This document shows positions 56,548 to 64,000 of a DNA stretch of 64,000 bases, one piece after another. The notes under the pieces were generated by a model, which saw only the letters and a list, made by a program, of their open reading frames with translations, ran no database searches and was not told the origin of the DNA. The stretch's first letter is position 1. Every line of letters starts with the position of its first letter. Origin of the DNA: an uncultured Candidatus Saccharibacteria bacterium (GTDB taxonomy: Bacteria; Patescibacteriota; Saccharimonadia; CAILAD01; JADZBC01); the NCBI GenBank assembly GCA_964600985.1, contig CAZRJR010000001.1, positions 335,431 to 399,430 of the forward strand, given 5' to 3'. The position numbers were made by a program, and so were the translations under genes.

Positions 56548-59280
56548 CTAACTATTACTTACAATTATCTGGTTAAGGGTTGTGGGGTTCAGTGTTCCTG
56601 CACTATTCTGGAAGCCAATCATCTCGGCAGCTTTTTCTTGGTTAGCCTCAGGGAGTCCCTTGACTGCCTTAACCCAGTCTTTGGCAGCGCTGTTGTTAAA
56701 CATAGCATCAGCTCGTTGCTGAGCGCCTGCTCCCGACCTTAGTGCCTCCCAGTTAATTGGTCCCCTAGCTTTTTGCTGGTCCATTGCGCCCCTCAGGAAG
56801 GCTTCGTTGAGCTTAGTACCAGCTTCACCGCCCCTGCCCGTACCTCCAAATGGGTTCTTGAACGAATCAGCCCAGTGTATGAGCGCGGCTGAGTTTACAA
56901 GAAGTGCTCCTGTAGCGGCCAAGTACTTACTACGACGAGTCCAGGTCACATCAGACTTAAGTTGCTCAAGACTTCTACCCATCAATTTATCAACAACCGC
57001 ACCAGGAGAAACCTCGGCACCCCTCCTTAGGGCCGCACGCAATCCGTCGGGCTCTATAAGGATGTCTTGGTAGTTCTCTTTAATAAATCGCTCCACGTAC
57101 TCACGCTCTTCTTCAGGAGTAGCGGAAGCTCTTTCCGCTGCTAGGCGATTTGCTTCTATGACTGCACTTTCGCCCCGACGAGCTCGTAGATCCGAGAGTC
57201 CTTGGTTGGTTGCACTTGTATCCTTACGCTCTGAGCGTCTACCTGTAATGGTCCTACCCGCACCCTCAACACCCATATAGGTTCCAACGGTACCAATACC
57301 TCGCTTGAGCCCCAAGAGTCCGAGAGCTAGCGGAGGGGCAAATGCACCAGTTGCAGCGGCGCCGGCCGTAAGTGCAATACCAATTCCAGCCCTCATGGCG
57401 GGATGCTTAGTCCACCACTCACGGAACTTTCCGATAAATCTACCCCCTGGCTTGCTCTTCTTAATCTCTAATTGTGCTTGGTCTACTCTATAGCGTGCTG
57501 CTGCCATTTCCTGCACAATCAAGAGTGTGTTGTCTGTTTCCAGCTGCCCAATACCGGCTTCGGCATCACGGTATTGGCGCGCCAGGGCAACCATTTCAGG
57601 GCTGTTAGGATCTTCGCCGGCCGTAAGCCGGGTATGGTATTCCGTTTGCACCCTGGTCATATCTGCACGCGCTGCGTCAGTGCGAGACTTCACTGCTCGA
57701 GCTACTATTTCTACATGCTGGGCAAATACTTGCTTGAGGTTTTCTGTGGCTGCCTCTAACTCTGCTTGGTCATCACGGCCATCTCTATCCCTGTGAATGC
57801 GACTAAAGATTGATTCTCGGCGGTCTTTGGCACGAGCAAGTCGCTGAATGGCGTCCTCCAACCCTGCTGCAGATGTAGGAATGTCGGGCATTGGCTCGGG
57901 AGTTGACTCATCTTCACCTGGTGGCGGAGGTGGTGGTGGATTTTCGTTGCCACCTTCGCCCTCTTCGTCCTCTGGTGAACCAGGTGCGCCGCCCCCTCCT
58001 TCTCCGTCATCACCATCTCTACCGTCGCGCCCATCTCGGCCATCACGCCCGTCTCTACCATCTCTACCGTCACGACCATCCCTGCCATCATCGCCATCTT
58101 CGGCAGATCCAGGATTAGCTGGCCCTTCTACACGAACATTCTGATCTACATCAATATTTACATGCACATCTGGTCCGCTTCTTTCATCCTCAATGGTACC
58201 GCGAGGACCACCCGGAGGAATGGGATTATCTACATTGGTCGGAGCACCAATTCTCTCATTTGCTGCATTGGCATCTAGACCAAATACAAGGTGCTGATCT
58301 TTAGTTGCTTGCAAAACAACACCCGGAGGATTACCCAAAGTATTGCAGAGAATATAGTAATCAGCCTGTTTACCGCTCTTTGACGTATAGCTGACTATAG
58401 AGCCCTTGGGGTATTCACGACCGTTAACTACTACTGTTTCTGCACTATCGACCTGATCCGTCTCGGCTTGCACGGCAGGGTCTTGAACCATTGGTGAGCT
58501 TTCTACTACAGGATGCGCAACCATTGCTTCTTCTGGTGCCACCTCGACGCTCACCTGGGAATCTGGCTGCTCGGGCTGAGAACTAACTACATGAGGATCA
58601 ACTGGCTGACGAGTAGCCTCAGTTGCAGGTGGGACAGGATATAATTCCGCAGGCTGCGGTGCACTTACTTCTGTAGACTGCTGAGTTAGCGCCCCTGGTC
58701 CGCTATTACCGGTCCCCTGGGACACCTGTCCTGCGGTCGGCTCGGGTTCAGGCACACGGCTCCAGGCCGAACCGTCTTCGTCAAGCTGTGATGCCAGCTT
58801 ATCTAGCCTTCTGTCTATTTTCTCCTTACTATCTCCTTCGCCATACACAAGCTGGACGATCTTTTTACCTTGTCTGCCGTCAAGAATCCGCTGCACCTTA
58901 AAGTGGCGGCCGGTACTATGCTGAATAAGCTCTTGGCCCACTTGAACATCTCCAGGTAAACCCTCGGCAGTGACTGGCTCCACGTGGCCTACAGGGGCTG
59001 GTTCGCCAGTCGGGGCCACAGGTCCCTGCGGAGTAGCCGTACGAATAAATGGATCACTATCCGGGGGGGACGATTCAGACTGCTCTTTAGCGACACGATC
59101 AAGCCATTGGTCGGGACTTTCGCCAACTCGTGGTCTAGCAGCGGCAGCTTGCTCAGGCACAGGTCCGCTAGCTGGGGGGTCTTGGCTCAGGGGGCCGGCC
59201 TGTATTCCCTTTAGCTCGTCATCTACCTTATCCGTTAACAGCGGTGGTTCGCTGCCCCTACCTAATTCCGGCCTACTCAT
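56548..59280 (-). CDS. large low-complexity membrane protein with (Gly-Arg-Asp)n collagen-like tract
   Basis: About 910 aa: Pro/acidic N-half, GRD repeats, helical region, hydrophobic hairpin. Promoter TTGACA-18 bp-TATACT with AGCATAAG upstream (59349-59356). Confidence 0.75.
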   Translation of the reverse strand: MSRPELGRGSEPPLLTDKVDDELKGIQAGPLSQDPPASGPVPEQAAAARPRVGESPDQWLDRVAKEQSESSPPDSDPFIRTATPQGPVAPTGEPAPVGHVEPVTAEGLPGDVQVGQELIQHSTGRHFKVQRILDGRQGKKIVQLVYGEGDSKEKIDRRLDKLASQLDEDGSAWSRVPEPEPTAGQVSQGTGNSGPGALTQQSTEVSAPQPAELYPVPPATEATRQPVDPHVVSSQPEQPDSQVSVEVAPEEAMVAHPVVESSPMVQDPAVQAETDQVDSAETVVVNGREYPKGSIVSYTSKSGKQADYYILCNTLGNPPGVVLQATKDQHLVFGLDANAANERIGAPTNVDNPIPPGGPRGTIEDERSGPDVHVNIDVDQNVRVEGPANPGSAEDGDDGRDGRDGRDGRDGRDGRDGRDGRDGDDGEGGGGAPGSPEDEEGEGGNENPPPPPPPGEDESTPEPMPDIPTSAAGLEDAIQRLARAKDRRESIFSRIHRDRDGRDDQAELEAATENLKQVFAQHVEIVARAVKSRTDAARADMTRVQTEYHTRLTAGEDPNSPEMVALARQYRDAEAGIGQLETDNTLLIVQEMAAARYRVDQAQLEIKKSKPGGRFIGKFREWWTKHPAMRAGIGIALTAGAAATGAFAPPLALGLLGLKRGIGTVGTYMGVEGAGRTITGRRSERKDTSATNQGLSDLRARRGESAVIEANRLAAERASATPEEEREYVERFIKENYQDILIEPDGLRAALRRGAEVSPGAVVDKLMGRSLEQLKSDVTWTRRSKYLAATGALLVNSAALIHWADSFKNPFGGTGRGGEAGTKLNEAFLRGAMDQQKARGPINWEALRSGAGAQQRADAMFNNSAAKDWVKAVKGLPEANQEKAAEMIGFQNSAGTLNPTTLNQIIVSNS

Positions 59281-59370
59281 ATGCACGTTAGTTTCCCTTT
59301 ACTACTTATGTTTAAGTATAGAGGGAATTTTTGGCCTTTGTCAAACAGCTTATGCTTGAGTGTATAAGAA

Positions 59371-61956
59371 CTAACGACGGTTCTTTTTGGCGGCCCTTGC
59401 GGCAGCTCGGCGTGCCGAACGATTACCGCCCTCGGCCCTGTTACCGGCTTTATTACTACTGGCACCTGAGCCAGATTCCAGCATGGTAGTACCCTGGTGG
59501 GCATTAATAGCCCCAGTGGTTATAGCAGTTTCCGGCAGCGACTCTACTGGTTCACGCTCTAGTGAAACCTTAAATATTGTAGTTGCTACTTCGCTATCGA
59601 CACCGCGCTGTAGTTGTTTGAATATACGAAATGCTTCGGATTTGTATTCTACCAAGGGGTCTTTTTGTGCATAGCCGCGCAAACCGATGCCATCGCGCAG
59701 ATGCTCCATGGTCTCTAAGTGATTCAGCCAAGCTGTGTCTATAATCTGCAAGCTCACCAAGCGCTCCAGGGTACGCATACTCTCGGCGCCAAATTCCTTT
59801 TCGCGCTTTGCGTAGAGCTGCTCCGCGTAGCCCATAAGATTCTCTACGATGTCCTGTGGTAGCCTGGACTCAAGCGTCGTAGCCCAATCCTTGGGGAGCG
59901 GTAGTATGTGCTCGGCACTCGTAGCGACTTCGGCAAGGTCGATCTCACCGGTTTTGGTGTCAGTATTGCTATCCACAATCACACTGAACTCGCCCTTGAT
60001 CATATCGAGAATCTCTTGCTTTTGATCAAGCTTATTGAGCACTCGACGACGGCGAGCATACATAATTTCGCGGTGCGAGTTCATAACATCGTCGTACTCT
60101 ACTAAGTGCTTGCGGATGTCAAAATTATGGCCCTCGACCTTCTTTTGAGCCGATTCGAGTGATCGTGAAATCATGTTGTTTTCAATCGGGGTATCATCGG
60201 GTAAGCGCAGGGTGTTCATTACACTAGCAATGCGCTCGGAACCAAAGATGCGCATTAAGTCATCGTCTAAGCTCACAAAGAACTGACTCGATCCTGGATC
60301 ACCCTGACGACCAGCACGACCTCGCAGCTGATTATCAATTCGGCGCGACTCGTGGCGCTCGGTACCGAGTACATGCAAACCACCCAGCTTAGCCACACCT
60401 TCTCCAAGCATAATGTCGGTACCACGGCCAGCTATGTTGGTGGCTAGGGTAACTGCACCGCGCTGGCCGGCTCGAGCAATTACGCCGGCCTCGGCTTCGT
60501 TATTCTTGGCATTGAGCACTTCGTGCGGAATCTTGGCTTTGCTGAGCATAGTGCTTAGCCGCTCGTTCTTTTCAATGCTTACCGTACCCAGGAGAACTGG
60601 TTGACCCTTGGCGTGGCGCTCGGCTACATCTGCTACAACGGCGTCAAACTTAGCTTGCTCGGTCTTGTAAATTCTATCCGGCGCATCTTTACGAATCATG
60701 GGCCGGTGAGTCGGGATTGTAGTTACTTCGAGCTTATATATCTTAGAAAACTCCTCGGCCTCAGTAGCTGCCGTACCGGTCATACCGGCCAGCTTGGCAT
60801 AGAGTCGGAACAAGTTCTGGAAGGTAACAGTGGCCAAGGTTTGAGATTCCTGCTGGATTTCGAGACCTTCTTTGGCCTCCACCGACTGATGCAAGCCCTC
60901 ACTCCAACGACGGCCCGGCATGAGTCGACCAGTAAACTCATCCACAATCACGATTTCACCTTCTGATGTAACCACGTAGTCTCGATCACGCTTAAATAAC
61001 GCCACGGCCTTCAGGCTCTGCTCGATAAGGTGAACGTCTTCGATCCGGCCGGCCTCATATATATTCTCTACCCCCAGAGCTTTCTCGATTGCAGCTATGC
61101 CTTCATCGGTAAGGCTAGCCGTCTTTTGTTTCTCATCAAGTGTATAGTGTTCGCCCTCTTTGAGGCTTTTGGCGATTTTAGCAAAAGTGTAGTAGCGCTC
61201 AGTCGACTTGGCGGCTGGCGCGGAAATGATAAGCGGCGTGCGAGCCTCGTCGATCAATATAGAGTCTACTTCGTCCACAATTGCAAAATTAAGTTCGCGC
61301 TGTACCATTTGGCCTAAGTCTTGCACCATGTTGTCACGCAAGTAGTCAAAACCAAACTCATTATTAGTACCATAGGTAATGTCGGCTCGGTAAGCCTCCT
61401 GGCGGTTGACCGGTCGCAGGTGAGCCAAACGACTGTCATCATGACTCATATCATTGTGTTCGGGATCGTAGAGCAGAGCCTTGTCGTGAATGATCACGCC
61501 AGTTGAAAGGCCGAGAAAATGGTAGACCTTGCCCATCCAGCCAGCGTGCAGCTGAGCTAGGTAGTCGTTTACGGTTATTACATGCGCGCCCTTACCCGAG
61601 AGGGCATTGAGGTAGGCGGGAGCAGTTGCTACTAAAGTCTTACCCTCGCCGGTACGCATCTCCGCAATCTTACCCTCATGCAGTACCACGCCGCCCATAA
61701 GCTGGACGTCGAAGTGACGCATACCAAGCACCCTGCTCGACGCCTCACGAACCACCGCAAAAGCTTCAGGCAAAATATCATCGAGTGACTTACCAGCATC
61801 GAGCTGAGCCTTGAATCCCGCTGTTTTAGCCTGCAGGTCCTTATCGGACAACTTAGCGGTTGCCTCGGTGTGCTTATTAATTCGCTCCACGACCGAGCGT
61901 ACGCGACTAACTTCGCGTGCATTAGGATCCCCAAAGATTTTCTTTAAAATTGGCAC
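59371..61956 (-). CDS. secA: preprotein translocase ATPase
   Basis: [49 protein letters not shown]. Confidence 0.97.
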   Translation of the reverse strand: MPILKKIFGDPNAREVSRVRSVVERINKHTEATAKLSDKDLQAKTAGFKAQLDAGKSLDDILPEAFAVVREASSRVLGMRHFDVQLMGGVVLHEGKIAEMRTGEGKTLVATAPAYLNALSGKGAHVITVNDYLAQLHAGWMGKVYHFLGLSTGVIIHDKALLYDPEHNDMSHDDSRLAHLRPVNRQEAYRADITYGTNNEFGFDYLRDNMVQDLGQMVQRELNFAIVDEVDSILIDEARTPLIISAPAAKSTERYYTFAKIAKSLKEGEHYTLDEKQKTASLTDEGIAAIEKALGVENIYEAGRIEDVHLIEQSLKAVALFKRDRDYVVTSEGEIVIVDEFTGRLMPGRRWSEGLHQSVEAKEGLEIQQESQTLATVTFQNLFRLYAKLAGMTGTAATEAEEFSKIYKLEVTTIPTHRPMIRKDAPDRIYKTEQAKFDAVVADVAERHAKGQPVLLGTVSIEKNERLSTMLSKAKIPHEVLNAKNNEAEAGVIARAGQRGAVTLATNIAGRGTDIMLGEGVAKLGGLHVLGTERHESRRIDNQLRGRAGRQGDPGSSQFFVSLDDDLMRIFGSERIASVMNTLRLPDDTPIENNMISRSLESAQKKVEGHNFDIRKHLVEYDDVMNSHREIMYARRRRVLNKLDQKQEILDMIKGEFSVIVDSNTDTKTGEIDLAEVATSAEHILPLPKDWATTLESRLPQDIVENLMGYAEQLYAKREKEFGAESMRTLERLVSLQIIDTAWLNHLETMEHLRDGIGLRGYAQKDPLVEYKSEAFRIFKQLQRGVDSEVATTIFKVSLEREPVESLPETAITTGAINAHQGTTMLESGSGASSNKAGNRAEGGNRSARRAAARAAKKNRR

Positions 61957-62001
61957 TAAACTAGCCCCTTTACTACCTTACGATTATACATGGTGTACGC
62001 C

Positions 62002-62415
62002 TTAATCGAGCTCGCGCTCTCGTCCAGAAGACCTACTTGTGTCCTTGGCCAGTTTGCGGTCTTCGCGACTTGCCCGGTTAAAGAGCTCTTTAATGCGAAA
62101 GCGACGTGTGGCATGCTTTTCTTTGTACTTCCTGATTTGGAGTTTGAGCTTTTCGCGCACGATGTCGACTGCCGCGTGCGGATTCATAGTAGCAGTATCG
62201 GCGACGATTTCGTGATCTGGCAAGTGGAGTTTGGCCGACACTTTGTAACGATTGTCCTCCTTGCCCGAAGGATCGCGGAATATCTCGACATGCATACTTT
62301 GCGCCTTGTGCTTACGTGGTAAATACTTATCGAGCCCACCGAGACGCTTGCGCGTATAGCGCGTTAACTCCTCATCGATCTCATACTTGCGGCCAGTAAT
62401 ATGTACTTTGATCAT
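62002..62415 (-). CDS. hpf: ribosome hibernation factor (HPF/RaiA family)
   Basis: I.ITGR..EI...L..Y..KRL..L.KY...AAVD....KL..Q.RKYK.K. Confidence 0.85.
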   Translation of the reverse strand: MIKVHITGRKYEIDEELTRYTRKRLGGLDKYLPRKHKAQSMHVEIFRDPSGKEDNRYKVSAKLHLPDHEIVADTATMNPHAAVDIVREKLKLQIRKYKEKHATRRFRIKELFNRASREDRKLAKDTSRSSGRERELD

Positions 62416-63695
62416 AGTGTTTCTCCTCCATAATAGTTCACCAAAGCCTTTGGAATTCGAATTCCACCATCTGCCTGCTGGTGGTTTTCTATAAGGGCCT
62501 TTAGAATTCTGCCGAGTGCAAAGGCTGTGGCATCGTTGGTATGAACGTATTCGCTTCCAGCTGCGGTCTTGACCTTGGTACTCAGGCTCCGGGCCTGGTA
62601 ATCCGTCATATAGTCAGCCGTGTGTGTCTCTCGGTACTCACCCTGCGCTGGCATCCAAGTGTTAATATCCATGCCCTGCGCATTTGGCTTTCCAATGTCT
62701 GCCGTGCACTTTTGCAAGAGCTGGTAAGGTAGTTCGAGCTGTTGTACTAAGTGCTCCTGAAGGGCCACTAGTAGCCTGTGTTCGTCTAAGCCAGTTTCTG
62801 GGGTCGAGAATACTTCCATTTCTAGCTTGTCAAACTGATGCATTCTGAAGATGCCCTCGGTATCTTTCCCGTAGCTGCCAGCCTCACGACGAAAACTGGT
62901 AGAATACCCAACCATACGCAATGGCAACTGTGCTTCTTCGAACGTTTCACCCATGTACATGGTGCACAGGCTGTGTTCAGCACTGGCGTTAAGCCATAGC
63001 TCGTCATCTGCCAGCTTATAGGTGACATCCTGCGCGTCTAATCGGCCAGAGGCCTGATAGGGCTCAGTCCGCACGAGGGCAGGCGGCAGTACGGGTATAA
63101 ATGGCGTAGGCTTAAGTGAGAGACCGTTTTCGGCTATAAGGCGGGCTATGAGCTCCGTATCGGCAAGTATATCGAAGGTCATTTGGATAATCGCAAATTG
63201 CAAACGCACAATCTCACCCTTAAGGTACGCGAAGCGAGCACCCGCTACTTTGGCAGCGCGGTCTTTATCAATCAGATTACGCTCTACACCAAGCTCGGCA
63301 TCGCTCTTTGGCTGGAAGCTAAGTTGCGGTACTGTGCCGATCGTTTTAACCACTACATTGTCGTCCTCCGATGCACCAATGGGAACACTAGGGAGCGCCA
63401 TATTGGGCACAGTACGGAGTTGCTGAGTCAGTTCTGCCTCTACCTTGGCAAGCTGCTGTTCGATCTCTGCAAGGCGCTCTCTTAACTCTTTCCCTGCTGT
63501 GATTTCCTCTGACGAAGGAGTACCACCCTTGGAGAGTTCGTTTCTTTTCGCGCGAAGGTCTTCACTTTGAGCGATCAGCTTACGCCGCTCATTATCAAGC
63601 TCAAGGATACGTGCTACGTCTACAGTATAGCCTTTGTTCTCAGCGTTTTGAGCCACTGCTTCCGGGTGCTCACGAATGTATTTGATATCTAACAT
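62412..63695 (-). CDS. serS: serine--tRNA ligase
   Basis: MLDIKYIRE, FRREAG...GIFRMHQFDKLE, HTNDATA...R...ENHQ. Confidence 0.96.
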   Translation of the reverse strand: MLDIKYIREHPEAVAQNAENKGYTVDVARILELDNERRKLIAQSEDLRAKRNELSKGGTPSSEEITAGKELRERLAEIEQQLAKVEAELTQQLRTVPNMALPSVPIGASEDDNVVVKTIGTVPQLSFQPKSDAELGVERNLIDKDRAAKVAGARFAYLKGEIVRLQFAIIQMTFDILADTELIARLIAENGLSLKPTPFIPVLPPALVRTEPYQASGRLDAQDVTYKLADDELWLNASAEHSLCTMYMGETFEEAQLPLRMVGYSTSFRREAGSYGKDTEGIFRMHQFDKLEMEVFSTPETGLDEHRLLVALQEHLVQQLELPYQLLQKCTADIGKPNAQGMDINTWMPAQGEYRETHTADYMTDYQARSLSTKVKTAAGSEYVHTNDATAFALGRILKALIENHQQADGGIRIPKALVNYYGGETL

Positions 63696-63747
63696 ATACC
63701 CTCATTATACGCCATTAACTTCGAGAAGACGAGGCGCTAGAAGCAGG

Positions 63748-64000
63748 CTAATCCCGAGGCTTCATAGTTGGGAAGTAGATAATATCGCGAATACTATCTT
63801 GGTTAAGTAGGGTCATGGCCAAACGATCAAGCCCAATACCAATGCCCCCAGCCGGCGGCATACCTAACTCCATGGCAGCCAAGAACTCTTCGTCTACTTG
63901 CCCCCAGATCTCTTCGGCACCTTTGTCGGCCAATGCTACCTGATCCTCTAGTAGTTTACGTTGCAAAACAGGGTCATTAAGCTCTGAGTAGGCATTAGCC
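63748..64000 (-). CDS. lysS: lysine--tRNA ligase, C-terminal part (gene runs out of the window)
   Basis: [36 protein letters not shown]......IRDII.FP.MKP. Confidence 0.9.
   Translation of the reverse strand, partial: ANAYSELNDPVLQRKLLEDQVALADKGAEEIWGQVDEEFLAAMELGMPPAGGIGIGLDRLAMTLLNQDSIRDIIYFPTMKPRD

Noticed and set aside
1-64000. CRISPR array or cas genes
   Set aside because: No regularly spaced 25-45 bp repeats with unique spacers and no Cas motifs were seen.
1-64000. Alternative genetic code (UGA=Gly as in Gracilibacteria/SR1)
   Set aside because: Core genes are full-length under code 11, several end in TGA with ATGA coupling, and prfB is present.

Overview
Bacterial chromosomal window in standard genetic code 11. 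It is most likely a Patescibacteria/CPR, Saccharibacteria-like epibiont; this is inferred from compact, mostly leaderless housekeeping genes and CPR-typical hypothetical families. The backbone has moderate GC and carries nrdAB, gltX, a glycosyltransferase/O-antigen-ligase cluster, mreB, murA, a sortase, xseAB, rpmA, pyrG, S41 peptidase/CHAP/ftsX/ftsE, prfB, secA, hpf, serS, the 3' end of lysS, tRNA-Glu(CTC) and tRNA-Leu(CAA). The first ~20 kb is accessory. It holds a type I R-M operon with an embedded PD-(D/E)xK nuclease gene, an embedded HEPN-like gene and a trailing HAD gene; a T-box + Met-Asp-Trp mini-ORF + AstE-like + trpS unit; and repeat-delimited cassettes next to tRNA-Glu. The most striking pattern is a dispersed second class of about 10 transcription units. 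Their GC-rich coding regions (mostly small membrane or unknown proteins, plus a lone purD) each have a near-consensus -35/-10 promoter, usually a Shine-Dalgarno leader and a structured 3' end. Many share an AGCATAAG motif at the promoter. All protein calls come from motif recognition by eye; no searches were run.
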